This document shows, piece by piece, positions 44,854 to 55,125 of a stretch of 64,000 nucleotides of DNA. Made by a program: the position numbers and the translations under genes. The DNA lies in IMG/VR virus record IMGVR_UViG_3300025327_000500; one strand, 5' to 3'. This DNA is from an uncultured virus (IMG/VR IMGVR_UViG_3300025327_000500). Taxonomy: Duplodnaviria; Heunggongvirae; Uroviricota; Caudoviricetes. How positions within the stretch are numbered: position 1 is the first letter of the stretch; every line of letters starts with the position of its first letter. Below the pieces are notes generated by a model. It saw only the letters and a program-made list of their open reading frames with translations, was not told the origin of the DNA and made no database searches.

Positions 44854-45154
44854 AACCTAATCTTTCCATAAACTGCTTCAATAACCACAAACGATTTTCA
44901 AGAATACAATCCACAAATAAACTTGTTCTTTCTACTTCATTCATCTTTATTAATGCCATAAAGTTTACTTTAGACATCATTCCTAATGCTCGTACAAACG
45001 CATCAGGGTTTTTATCTTCTATAATGTTATTTACTATCTGCTTGGAATATTCTAACACATCTAAATCACCTTCCTGAACCTGCGGAAGATACTTGCCAAT
45101 TACTTTATACAGCGTTAGAACCTCCAACATCGTCAGTGGTATTATCTTTATCAC
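44837..45154 (-). CDS. tail assembly chaperone-like protein
   Basis: Between tail tube and tape measure. Confidence 0.5.
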   Translation of the reverse strand: MIKIIPLTMLEVLTLYKVIGKYLPQVQEGDLDVLEYSKQIVNNIIEDKNPDAFVRALGMMSKVNFMALIKMNEVERTSLFVDCILENRLWLLKQFMERLGYGNSN

Positions 45155-45800
45155 GTATAATTATTCCTACTGGCATAAATATTCGTTTCATCTTTATTTG
45201 TTTGGCAGGCTGTTCCAAAGATTTCTGGTAACTTCTCGAACCCATGCTCATCCAAGGTGGTCTAGGTAAAGCCCTAAGTTTAGATTTTTTCGATCCTTTA
45301 TCATACTCATAAGCAACTTCTGAAAGTGACCATTCCCATTCTCTTTGGAATTGATCCTGCAAGGATATTTCTTGGATCAAAGCTAAAGCATTGTCTACGT
45401 CCAATTCTGCTATATATTCTACGTCCCATCCATATTCTTTAGCGAGCAGATGTAACCATACATACCAGGTTCGCTCCTCATAATCCCATACCTCAGGAAT
45501 GGATTTCTTTTGTATCTTCTTAGATTCATGAATAATAGATAAATCTAATCTTGGAGCGGTTTCTAAGGAACAATAATAATATGCCTCTGCAACTTCATGC
45601 CAAGGTAATAATCTGACCTTCTCTTCTGGAATATCTAAAAGTGCTGATAAGAAAGAGGAAATTCCAAAGACTATTCCAGGATCATCTCTCTTATCAGCAC
45701 TCTCTATTACCTTGTCTCTGAAGTTCTCAGCGTATAACCATTTCTGTAACTTGGGTCTGATTACAGAATATTTCTTATCGCCAATAGAAACTTCAATCAC
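45105..45800 (-). CDS. tail assembly chaperone-like protein
   Basis: After tail tube; LAKEYGWDVEYIAEL motif. Confidence 0.55.
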   Translation of the reverse strand: MIEVSIGDKKYSVIRPKLQKWLYAENFRDKVIESADKRDDPGIVFGISSFLSALLDIPEEKVRLLPWHEVAEAYYYCSLETAPRLDLSIIHESKKIQKKSIPEVWDYEERTWYVWLHLLAKEYGWDVEYIAELDVDNALALIQEISLQDQFQREWEWSLSEVAYEYDKGSKKSKLRALPRPPWMSMGSRSYQKSLEQPAKQIKMKRIFMPVGIIIRDKDNTTDDVGGSNAV

Positions 45801-46433
45801 TTACAGCACGCTAGGATCATGCCTCACAACAACCGCAAACTGTTGGGCTGTTGGTTTTGTGGTATCTGCAAAACCACGCAATGCCAATCCTGTGATTGAC
45901 CATTGATTAGCATAAGGCATTTCAATTGTCCAAGAGTTTACAAATTTTGCTTTGTGAATATGGAAAGCTACATAATCACCTACATCTTCATCGTAAACTT
46001 TAGGTGCATAGACATGCCAGAATTGGTTGTTATTGATCTTCCCAATTCCAACCTTCTCTGTATTCTGACTGGCATTTACTGTTGCCGCAGACGCAGCCAA
46101 AATGCGACTGAGATTGGTAAATGGGAACAAAGATTTCACAGATAGCTGAAACTCAACATAATCTCTGGTCTGAACAGTATCTTTCACACCAACATTATCG
46201 CATTGTACGTCATTGAGGGTTCTACCCTCTGTGAAAGTCACTCCCTCGACACAAGCAAACTCATATACAGGATATGTTGCCGTTCCACTTACCTGCCAAT
46301 AATACCCATCGCTATCTGGACTGAAAAAGGCTGGTGCAGCACTATCTTGGAAATAAATATATGGAGCATCAGAGAGGTAAATATCTTCGGATGCAGTTAT
46401 CGTACCATAAGGACTACCTGTAATCAACGGCAT
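45801..46433 (-). CDS. major tail (tube) protein
   Basis: 210 aa, beta-rich, canonical position; GGAGG-like RBS. Confidence 0.75.
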   Translation of the reverse strand: MPLITGSPYGTITASEDIYLSDAPYIYFQDSAAPAFFSPDSDGYYWQVSGTATYPVYEFACVEGVTFTEGRTLNDVQCDNVGVKDTVQTRDYVEFQLSVKSLFPFTNLSRILAASAATVNASQNTEKVGIGKINNNQFWHVYAPKVYDEDVGDYVAFHIHKAKFVNSWTIEMPYANQWSITGLALRGFADTTKPTAQQFAVVVRHDPSVL

Positions 46434-46442
46434 AAGAACCTC

Positions 46443-46685
46443 CTACAAAACTAAATCAAAATATGGAGAGGGTTTCCCTCCACAACAACCACCTTTCATA
46501 CGTTGTAACATAATATCTGCATCATCCTTATTTACTTCTAATATTTCTGCTCTTATAAACTCATATATTTTTCCTGTAATTGGCCCAGGATATATTACTT
46601 TCCCTGCACCCAACAAAGAACGTAATCTAACAGTTTCTTCTATGTCCTGCTGACGAACCCTTCTACTACTACTTCTGATCTCCAT
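46443..46685 (-). CDS. small protein with CCGG motif
   Basis: GPITGKIYEF...GGCCGG. Confidence 0.55.
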   Translation of the reverse strand: MEIRSSSRRVRQQDIEETVRLRSLLGAGKVIYPGPITGKIYEFIRAEILEVNKDDADIMLQRMKGGCCGGKPSPYFDLVL

Positions 46686-47083
46686 ACTAAAGTTCCTACT
46701 CCCGTGGCTGGAATAATACTAACTCCTCCACAAGAAAAGTGATAGGTGCTGCTTTGAAATACTACACTGAACTGCCTAGTTTGAAAGTATGTTGCAATTA
46801 TACCAGAAATTTCATCGCACGTTGCAGAGGATTGATCTTCGGTAAAAACTACCCAAGAGAAAGATATTTCTGATTTAGTACAATCTCCATTATCAGGAGC
46901 ATTCCTTACCATCCTGAAACGAACAGCAGGATAAGCAAAATCGTCGCTTTTCCATTGGATTTCTCTAATCTCTAATGCAGTAGACCCATATTCTACTAAT
47001 TTATTTGTAACAGTATCCACTGTTTTTAAATAAGAAATGAGTGCACCTTTGATTAGATCAGTACGAATAATAGTTACAGTCAC
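46640..47083 (-). CDS. tail terminator-like protein
   Basis: YPAV motif and position before tail tube. Confidence 0.6.
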   Translation of the reverse strand: MTVTIIRTDLIKGALISYLKTVDTVTNKLVEYGSTALEIREIQWKSDDFAYPAVRFRMVRNAPDNGDCTKSEISFSWVVFTEDQSSATCDEISGIIATYFQTRQFSVVFQSSTYHFSCGGVSIIPATGVGTLVWRSEVVVEGFVSRT

Positions 47084-47604
47084 TTTATTATTTCCACCCG
47101 TTTTCCAATGCTCTTCATTCCGGATGCAAAAGCATTAGCTATTTTCGTTTTGAAATTAGGTTTATATGCAGCAATAGCGGGCGCTAAGAAAGCTCTTTGT
47201 GCTACACCTGGATGGTCTACCTCTTTGAAAATCCATAAATCAGATTCATCAATATAGTCTATAAACTTCTCACTAGCCATAGCACCTAACGGATTTTCTG
47301 GTTTCCATCCCCCCAAAAAAGCTAATGCTCTTTTATTCTTAGGTAAGATTTTATAAGTTCCTTTTGCTCCTCTAGTAGCATGGATACCTGATCCATACTC
47401 AAACGCGGCAGCCTCAGGTGCTTTCTTCAAATCTAATTGGATTACAATTTCATATCCTGTTGGAGTTACTTGTGCTTGACCAGCAGTAACAGCATCAGGA
47501 ATACGAGAACTCCAAGCAGCATTAGAACGAGCAACATTTACAATTTGGTTTGCTCCTTCGGTTAGTGCTTTTATCATCCAACGATCTAAGAATTTTGCCA
47601 TCAC
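47080..47604 (-). CDS. HK97 gp10-like neck/tail completion protein
   Basis: AAFEYGSG...VDHPG...RAFLAPA. Confidence 0.75.
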   Translation of the reverse strand: MMAKFLDRWMIKALTEGANQIVNVARSNAAWSSRIPDAVTAGQAQVTPTGYEIVIQLDLKKAPEAAAFEYGSGIHATRGAKGTYKILPKNKRALAFLGGWKPENPLGAMASEKFIDYIDESDLWIFKEVDHPGVAQRAFLAPAIAAYKPNFKTKIANAFASGMKSIGKRVEIIK

Positions 47605-47972
47605 TGCTCCGTATGTGCTCTCACACTTCTGGTAAGAAATAAGATCATATACTTTCTTGCATCATTGAAATCAGAATATCTAACTCTAATAATTCTAAAC
47701 CTACTATTGATGTAAGGATAACTTGGAGGAAAAGTAATCTCGGCTTCATCTCGTTCTCGAATATCTAAGTTTCCTGGATGGATTACCATGTTGAAAGTTC
47801 GTAAAGTTTCCAGTCCCTGTTGAAAATACATTTGCTCTTCTGGATTGGCTTGCATTCTTGCTTGAAGATTACTATATACCATAGAACCTGTAATAGAAAC
47901 TCCTCCGGCATAGTCGTCTATACCTGGTGTCATCCTGTAAATAGTAACTTTTATATTTGCTCCGGCGGTCAT
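47601..47972 (-). CDS. head-tail joining (stopper) protein
   Basis: D.AGG, LDIRERD patterns; position. Confidence 0.65.
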   Translation of the reverse strand: MTAGANIKVTIYRMTPGIDDYAGGVSITGSMVYSNLQARMQANPEEQMYFQQGLETLRTFNMVIHPGNLDIRERDEAEITFPPSYPYINSRFRIIRVRYSDFNDARKYMILFLTRSVRAHTEQ

Positions 47973-48631
47973 ATTCCCACTCGTCTATATTTGCGGACAC
48001 CATCTAACAACAGATGTATAAACTGTGATTCAGCAGAGTTGCCATAAACTGTATTCAACAGCTTTGTTCTGATCTCTGAATACTGTTGATTTCTAAATTC
48101 TTGCACACCTACATTTCCAACACCTTCATTTCCATAACCCATTAACTCATTCAAAATAATGGTTGAAAATTTAGTGAGAGCTAATAAAACATTAGGACGA
48201 TAAGATGAACCAGAATATAAACCCGCTTGAAAAGTTACTTCTAATTGAAATGGATAACCAGATGAGGAACATCCACAGTGACGATAAAGATAATCTATAT
48301 CTAAGATGCCATAATCAGCATCATATAAACGAGTGTAATAGTTGAATGTACCTGTCGATGTGTAATATACTGCACCTAAACTATCAATAAACCTTACTCG
48401 ATATACTTGATGAATGTCTCCAACTTCTAAAAGCAATCGAGGAGAATAAGAATATGTGCCAGTTACAATTGTAGGCAAAAGATAAGTGCCTAAATCATTA
48501 GATACTTTTTCCTCGGCTATTACAAATGCAATCTGTCTTTGATTTACAGAGGTTTCACCCAAGTCACCCCCATAAGATTGAAAGATTGGATCAGTTAATA
48601 TGATTGGGCTTGCATAAGGAAATGTAATCAT
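47969..48631 (-). CDS. head-tail adaptor protein
   Basis: EVTFQAG, VQEF....YSE patterns; position. Confidence 0.65.
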   Translation of the reverse strand: MITFPYASPIILTDPIFQSYGGDLGETSVNQRQIAFVIAEEKVSNDLGTYLLPTIVTGTYSYSPRLLLEVGDIHQVYRVRFIDSLGAVYYTSTGTFNYYTRLYDADYGILDIDYLYRHCGCSSSGYPFQLEVTFQAGLYSGSSYRPNVLLALTKFSTIILNELMGYGNEGVGNVGVQEFRNQQYSEIRTKLLNTVYGNSAESQFIHLLLDGVRKYRRVGI

Positions 48632-48927
48632 ACTTTAGATAACCTCACAACAAAATTCTTTTCTTCTGCTCCCCAAGCCGTTCCGCTGGCAAAGAACCTG
48701 TATGCGTATTGTCCAGTCTCATTCGCAAAATAATCTAAGTAATACTTTCCAATTCCAAACTTTACAAATGTTCCAGTTTGACCATAAATGAAGTTGTAAT
48801 CTATGCCAGCAGGGGATTGGACTGTGAGCAATAAGTGATTAGGGTCTACATAAGAACCACTGATTTTGATTTCAGTATCAAGACGGATAAGATCGCCAAG
48901 GTCATAAGTATTATACATGGCTGACAT
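48628..48927 (-). CDS. Ig-like fibre attachment protein (BppU-N-like)
   Basis: YDLGD...VDP...TVQSP.G...GKYY...GQYAYRF. Confidence 0.5.
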   Translation of the reverse strand: MSAMYNTYDLGDLIRLDTEIKISGSYVDPNHLLLTVQSPAGIDYNFIYGQTGTFVKFGIGKYYLDYFANETGQYAYRFFASGTAWGAEEKNFVVRLSKV

Positions 48928-51900
48928 CCTCTATAAATAAATCGAAGTTTGAACTGTCACTGATTATATCATCATTGGGTACACGTTTGTCCGATATATT
49001 CATTGTCCATATTGTTGAATCACCTATACGTAGACGGATCGGGGTTTGACCTAAGAATAAGATTATCTGATAAACAATCTCAATTGTCCTAGATATATCT
49101 ACTGCAATTGCATCATCATATCCCAACCCACCACTTAAGGAAATCTGAATTATCTTACCAAGCGCAACATCCTCGATCATAGATATATTTATACTGGGAG
49201 TTATACCGAGAGACTTCCCCAAGCTCAATTGTGATAACATGTTGACAATATTGCTATCACTGATACCTTCTGTTATCGGTAATCCTATAGTCTCATTCAA
49301 GGTTACTGTAGTAGAATCGCTTGCTGTAGCTATCTTACCTAAGGAAATCAGGCTTTCTATAATCAAGTTTGCTAAAACAGAAATGGATACTGCCTTTGAT
49401 AAGGCAATTATGCTGTCCATGTTTGCTATACTTGTTGAAGCAATTGTTACGTTTTTATCTATAAGAACCGATGGGTTAGTTATCAAACCACCGATCATTG
49501 AAACCAGCAAAGATTTAGCCATCGCTAAGGTTTCAAAGTATTCCTGTGTTCCAGGTATTACCTCTGCCAGAGCAGTAATGGCAATAGCTCTCGCTAATGT
49601 TATGGCCTCGCTAAGCTGTAGTGCGCCCCCACTTACAATAGATAAAGACCTCGCAAGAGTTATCACTCCCGATGCAACTAACGATGCAGAGGCAGCTATG
49701 CCTAATTGTTTACCTAAAGTTATAGATGGGCTTGAAACGTTCTGACTACTTAGAATAACATTCAAAGCTCTTTGTAGTGCTAAAGAGGTTTCAAAGTTTG
49801 CCCCTCCACTCAAGATGATGTTTCGGATGTTAGATAATGTAATGCTATCTGACATTGTGACAACAGATGCAGCTAATATGTTTAACTGTTTGTTGAAAGA
49901 AACAGATGCTAAAGCCGTAAGTAATGAAGATAACGTGACACCAATGGATTTAGAAAGTGTAACATTCTCACTCAAAACCATATCAGGTCGGTTTACTAAA
50001 TCTAGCTGTCTAGCTAAAGTTATTGCAGATTCAAACTGAAACGATGCCGATTCAGTTATACCGATTGCTTTAGATAAAGTTATAAGCTCATCAGATTGGA
50101 TAAATGTAGAACTGGTTATACTTACAGACTTCTGTAAGAGGATACTCTCTAATATTGTTAATATAGCAGATAAACTTATACCAATCTGCTTACCCAAAGA
50201 TACAGATAGGTCTAATATATTCTGGCTACTTGTAACTAAATTTAGAACTCTCTGTAAAGCAAAATCAGATTCAAAGTCTGCACCACCTCTAAGTAAAATG
50301 TCTCTAATAGCAGACAATAAAATATTTTCATTCATTACAGTGGTTGCTGATGAGAGTATACCTAACTGTTTTCCAAGAGAGACGGATGCTAACGCAGTTA
50401 GAAGAGAAGATATTGTGATCCCACCAGATTTGGATAATGTAATAGTCTCGCTGGCATCAATGGAAAGCTGATTGACTAAATCTAACCGTCTAGCCAATAA
50501 CAATACTTCATCGAATTGAGGCGAGGCTACATCTGTTATTCCGAGTATTCTGGATAAAGTTATAACCTCATCTATTCCAATAATTGCAGTATTAGTAATC
50601 CCAATATTTTTCTGTAAAAGAATACTTGCAAGTGCGCTTATTACAGCAGATAAAGATACTCCATCTATCCTTCCTAAACTAATAAGTTCATAGACATCTA
50701 TACTTAATTGACTAGATACAGACAAAGATTTTGCAAGAGCAAAGGTTACTACAGCATCTAATAGTGTAGAAGAACTTAAACCTAAAACCTTTTGCAAAGA
50801 TAGATCAGATTCAAAGTTAGCGCCACCACTCGAAAGCAAATATTGGATTATAGATAATGTCATCTCACTATTCATCACAGCAGAAGATGACACCAAAACA
50901 TCCAATTGCTTGCTCAATGAAATGATCGCTACAGCAGTTAGTAAAGACGAAGTCGTAATATTAATTGACTTAGCAAATGTTAGCGTCTCTTCTAATGTAA
51001 CTTCAAATTGGCTTGCTATGGCTAACTGTTTAGCTAACAATATCGTAGCGTTGAATTGAGCTAAGGCCGAATCAGTTATGCCTAGGCTTCTTGCTAAAGT
51101 TATAACCTCACTCAACTCAACCGTTGCAGAATCAGTTATGCTGAGGTTCTTTTGCAAGAATGTGCTTACCAAAATATTCAATGTATCAGATAAGTCTATG
51201 CTTATTTGTTTCCCCAAAGTTGTAGATAACTCTAAAGTATTTTGACTACTTGTAAGCACATCTAAAATTTTCTGTAAAGCAAACGCAGATTCAACATTCA
51301 ATCCACCACTTAAGACGATGTTCCTAACATCAGATAACATAATACTTTCTGACATCACAGTAGATAAAGCCGAAGTTATATCTAACTGCTTACTGAGAGT
51401 GGTTGCTGCTAAAGCTGTCAGTAAAGAAGATGTTGTAATACTATTGGATTTAGAAAGTGTAATTGAATTTTCAGCAGTAGTTGTAGCTTGATGTACCAGA
51501 TCAATCTGTTTAGCTAACGTCAGTGTGTCAAACAGTTGGGGTAATGCTGAGACTGTTACTATGTCTAACAGCCGAGCTAAAGTTATAAGCTCATCTATCT
51601 GGACAGTTGCAGTATTACGTACATCTAAACTTCTTTGGAGAAGAATAGCCTCTACAATTGTTACTATATCAGATACAACAAGTCCCTCGGTTCTACCAAG
51701 AGTAATAGTTTCAGCTAATGTAATGTTAGATTGGACAACCAGATTTAGAATTTTTGCTGCTGTTATAGTTGCTTCATATACCAATGAAGATATATTTGTA
51801 ATGCCCAAAGATTTAGCCAATAAAATATCAGACAAGTATGTGGCGTTTACTGTAGATGTAATATCAAGTATCTTTGATAACGACAGTGATGGTTGATAAG

Positions 51901-52885
51901 TAGAACCGTCAGCACTAAATATAGAAGATAAACTTCTGCTTAATGTAAAGGCCGAATTATATGTAGTACCTGATGCAGCAACCTGTTCTACAGCCGACCA
52001 AGGCCATACTTCTCCACCAACCCAATAATCCATTGTACCTGGATTTAGATTTGTCCGCCCAAATCCAGGTACAAGCTCGTCACCTATAAATGCTGTATCA
52101 AATCCATTAGGAGGTAGTTCCCCCGCCAATTCAGAAATTGAGATGATGAATATACTTTTAGCTAATGAAAATGTATGTCCATACGTTCCTAATACACTCC
52201 CAACAATACCTAGACTTTTAGATAAAGTTAATGCATCTTCGTATGTATCCCCCTCAATAACCTCTTTGAAGGCTACCGCTATTGCCCCATAGTCATCCGA
52301 TGTTGCTTCTGTCCAACTCATCGTTTGAGAACCAACATCAGTTTTTATGAGATATTGACCAGCACTACCATAAGCAGCTATGTCCTCCTCATATAACGAT
52401 ACGCCTGTGCGTGCTGTTGGAGCGAAAGTATTATCCCCCGTAGCAACTACAGCAAAGATAAAAGTACCGGAAACAAGTGTAGTTAAAGCTACGCTAGGAT
52501 TTGCAGCGGTTGTAGCGTTTACTCCACTTGAATCGAATGCACAAGTATACCCAACTGCTGCATTAGCACTAGCAACATAGACCCACATGGTTCTAGCATT
52601 ATCATTGGGTACAAGTACCTGCAATGACTGGCTTACAGGTGGCGACAACATGTACCACATCTCACAAGACGCCTCTGTCACCCCCCGCCTTGATTCAACT
52701 TGTACTAGTGCTACACCATTATAAGTTGGCGCTCCTCCGGTTCTGGCTGTAACTCCTGCATACATAATCTGCACTGCCAAAACTTCTGCATCTGTTCCAC
52801 AGGTATAACTGCCAGTAGCCGCACTTGTAGTTGTAGAAAGTGCGGTTGATGGGATGCGAGCTTTGGTATCGAAGGTTAAAGCCAT
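48911..52885 (-). CDS. long virion fibre protein with about 50 20-aa repeats
   Basis: N-terminal beta domain followed by repeats of type E.ITL.K.LGI..S. Confidence 0.7.
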   Translation of the reverse strand: MALTFDTKARIPSTALSTTTSAATGSYTCGTDAEVLAVQIMYAGVTARTGGAPTYNGVALVQVESRRGVTEASCEMWYMLSPPVSQSLQVLVPNDNARTMWVYVASANAAVGYTCAFDSSGVNATTAANPSVALTTLVSGTFIFAVVATGDNTFAPTARTGVSLYEEDIAAYGSAGQYLIKTDVGSQTMSWTEATSDDYGAIAVAFKEVIEGDTYEDALTLSKSLGIVGSVLGTYGHTFSLAKSIFIISISELAGELPPNGFDTAFIGDELVPGFGRTNLNPGTMDYWVGGEVWPWSAVEQVAASGTTYNSAFTLSRSLSSIFSADGSTYQPSLSLSKILDITSTVNATYLSDILLAKSLGITNISSLVYEATITAAKILNLVVQSNITLAETITLGRTEGLVVSDIVTIVEAILLQRSLDVRNTATVQIDELITLARLLDIVTVSALPQLFDTLTLAKQIDLVHQATTTAENSITLSKSNSITTSSLLTALAATTLSKQLDITSALSTVMSESIMLSDVRNIVLSGGLNVESAFALQKILDVLTSSQNTLELSTTLGKQISIDLSDTLNILVSTFLQKNLSITDSATVELSEVITLARSLGITDSALAQFNATILLAKQLAIASQFEVTLEETLTFAKSINITTSSLLTAVAIISLSKQLDVLVSSSAVMNSEMTLSIIQYLLSSGGANFESDLSLQKVLGLSSSTLLDAVVTFALAKSLSVSSQLSIDVYELISLGRIDGVSLSAVISALASILLQKNIGITNTAIIGIDEVITLSRILGITDVASPQFDEVLLLARRLDLVNQLSIDASETITLSKSGGITISSLLTALASVSLGKQLGILSSATTVMNENILLSAIRDILLRGGADFESDFALQRVLNLVTSSQNILDLSVSLGKQIGISLSAILTILESILLQKSVSITSSTFIQSDELITLSKAIGITESASFQFESAITLARQLDLVNRPDMVLSENVTLSKSIGVTLSSLLTALASVSFNKQLNILAASVVTMSDSITLSNIRNIILSGGANFETSLALQRALNVILSSQNVSSPSITLGKQLGIAASASLVASGVITLARSLSIVSGGALQLSEAITLARAIAITALAEVIPGTQEYFETLAMAKSLLVSMIGGLITNPSVLIDKNVTIASTSIANMDSIIALSKAVSISVLANLIIESLISLGKIATASDSTTVTLNETIGLPITEGISDSNIVNMLSQLSLGKSLGITPSINISMIEDVALGKIIQISLSGGLGYDDAIAVDISRTIEIVYQIILFLGQTPIRLRIGDSTIWTMNISDKRVPNDDIISDSSNFDLFIEDVSHV

Positions 52886-52892
52886 TCACGTT

Positions 52893-53141
52893 TTACACTA
52901 GGATGTTTCCATCCTCATCCATGTGACCTTTGCCAATTGCTATTGCTCGGATCAACTGAATAGCAATTTGCTCTCGATCATCTACTCGAATGCTGAACAT
53001 ATCATCAGGAATGAAATATTGGAATGTTGTCCAATTTTTACCATTATCGGTTGAATACTCAAACCTAATCCTAATTCTCTGCACATTTTGAGATGCAGCA
53101 GCATTGAAAGAAATATTTTGTAGATCAGCCATTGTCCACAC
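52893..53141 (-). CDS. small hypothetical (fibre-associated) protein
   Basis: YSTDNGKNW Asp-box. Confidence 0.55.
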   Translation of the reverse strand: MWTMADLQNISFNAAASQNVQRIRIRFEYSTDNGKNWTTFQYFIPDDMFSIRVDDREQIAIQLIRAIAIGKGHMDEDGNILV

Positions 53142-53144
53142 TCC

Positions 53145-55100
53145 TTATGTAACTGTCAAATCATCGAAGAAACAATCTCCATCACGGCTGGTATCATTAC
53201 TGACTAACCGCACTCGACATACACCTACCGCTGTTGGAGTAAAGTTGATACTCAATTCTTCCCATGTATTAGCTGCTCCAACCATTGTATCTGTCTGGTC
53301 AGCTACTCCTGGAATATTCATAATCTTTAGCTGTGGAAGCGTACCTGTATAATCGCTGTCATAACGTCCATATACCGCTATCGTAGTGCTGGACGCTGCC
53401 ACAGGAACAAATATATCGTGATAACCAGCCCCCTCGAAGCGGAGCGCATTAGTGCCTGTCCTAACTGTAGTTGTTTCCTTCTCTGGCCTGGCTCTAGCTT
53501 CTACTGCTCCAATATCATCCGCTGGAACAGTTTGAACTTCCAGTTGACAACTAGCCACAAGAACAGCAAATGCTCCACTATCCGCAGTTCTCCAAAACAC
53601 GACCTCCAAAGCAGCAAGTTTTGTGTAATCCCAACCACCACTCGGAGTTGATAATGTTGTCCAACTCGTCCAAGTAGCCGCAGCATTATTCCATGTAAGT
53701 GATCCTAAACTCTCGCCCAATCCATCTGTAAATACCTCAGCATGTCCAACTGTATTATTTCCAGCACTAGACACACTACCATATAAACGCACACGTACGG
53801 TTAGAATTGTTGGCCCACTAGAAGGCGCATTTGTTCCTTGCCCATATAATTCATTGAAGGTACTACTACCTGTTGTAGTAGTGTTGGCAGAATTACCAAT
53901 AGCACTATCAAAAGCTGACGCATCACCAGCCCATGCCGCATCATTATCTGTAGGCCCACCATCCGATACATCAAACCAATAATATTGTTGCTCTCCAGTT
54001 CCTTGTGGTCTGGCTTCGTTATATAAATCAAATGCTGGAGCATAATCAGATGATCCTGCTCCTAATGTTTCTGGCATATAGGTATCGTCTAATAATCTAA
54101 TCGGTTCCCAAGGACGATAGGGCGACCAACCCCAAAAACGGTAAAGCGGAATGTCATTGATTGCCCCCATCAAAATAGGCCCAAGATCGGCGTCTGTTCG
54201 GCTTTGTAATCCAGCGGTAACATTGGTACGTTCAGTAGAACACTGATAAAACCGATTAAAATTTTCCACCAATGCACCATCATTATCAGTGAATTTAAGG
54301 ACAGAACTACTATTTCTATAAAAAATTGAATTATAAACTGCAACATTAAAGCTACCCGTTGCTGACCCATCATCTACGACGACTCCATAATCTGTTCCAA
54401 TCCACGAACAAGCATTAAAAGTTAGACCACCACTACCATAAGTATTAGCGGTACTCAAATCCCAATAAAAACCATCAAAGGAACTATTATTACCATTTAC
54501 AACCCATTTACAAGAATTAAAAGCAATTTTCATGTTTTGTTCTGCTGTCACATTACCATCAAATTTTAATCGTGAACGTCCACCGAACATACAACGGTCA
54601 AAAGTGTACCCATTATTTGTTGGAGTTGTGGCGGCATTCATATCTACATCAAAAGCGAAATCTCCAACATCATGTCCACCCTGAAATACACAATCCTCAA
54701 ATTTGCAGCCTTCATAATTATCATCTGTTATGTTTCCACTAAAAACTGCTGCTGTTGTCCCCCCATTGAAAACGAAGCCACGCCAGGTAATAAATATTCT
54801 GCCATCAGGATCGAGACATGCCACTCTCGTTGCCTGTGTCTCATCACTTGGATAAGCAGAGACAATAACCAATCCTGCATCACCTGTTTTACTGCCATCT
54901 ACATCAGCAATATAAGATATAGAACTTCCACTAACACCACTCGTATTCATTGTCACTAATTCACGATATACTCCCGCCCCGACGTAAACTGTATCCCCCG
55001 CAACCATTGTATTAGCCGCTTTATCAATGGTTAACCAAGCAGTTCCAGCAGAACTACCTGATGCGGCGTCCGAACCTGATTTTCTCACATAGTAATTCAT
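53145..55100 (-). CDS. right-handed beta-helix (pectin lyase-like) protein with carbohydrate-binding-like C-terminus
   Basis: YYV..SGSD...G.....W.TI.KA...AGDTVYV.AGVY.E; F..C.F repeats; FFDDLTV end. Confidence 0.75.
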   Translation of the reverse strand: MNYYVRKSGSDAASGSSAGTAWLTIDKAANTMVAGDTVYVGAGVYRELVTMNTSGVSGSSISYIADVDGSKTGDAGLVIVSAYPSDETQATRVACLDPDGRIFITWRGFVFNGGTTAAVFSGNITDDNYEGCKFEDCVFQGGHDVGDFAFDVDMNAATTPTNNGYTFDRCMFGGRSRLKFDGNVTAEQNMKIAFNSCKWVVNGNNSSFDGFYWDLSTANTYGSGGLTFNACSWIGTDYGVVVDDGSATGSFNVAVYNSIFYRNSSSVLKFTDNDGALVENFNRFYQCSTERTNVTAGLQSRTDADLGPILMGAINDIPLYRFWGWSPYRPWEPIRLLDDTYMPETLGAGSSDYAPAFDLYNEARPQGTGEQQYYWFDVSDGGPTDNDAAWAGDASAFDSAIGNSANTTTTGSSTFNELYGQGTNAPSSGPTILTVRVRLYGSVSSAGNNTVGHAEVFTDGLGESLGSLTWNNAAATWTSWTTLSTPSGGWDYTKLAALEVVFWRTADSGAFAVLVASCQLEVQTVPADDIGAVEARARPEKETTTVRTGTNALRFEGAGYHDIFVPVAASSTTIAVYGRYDSDYTGTLPQLKIMNIPGVADQTDTMVGAANTWEELSINFTPTAVGVCRVRLVSNDTSRDGDCFFDDLTVT

Positions 55101-55125
55101 AAGGCTATTCCCTCAATTATACTAT

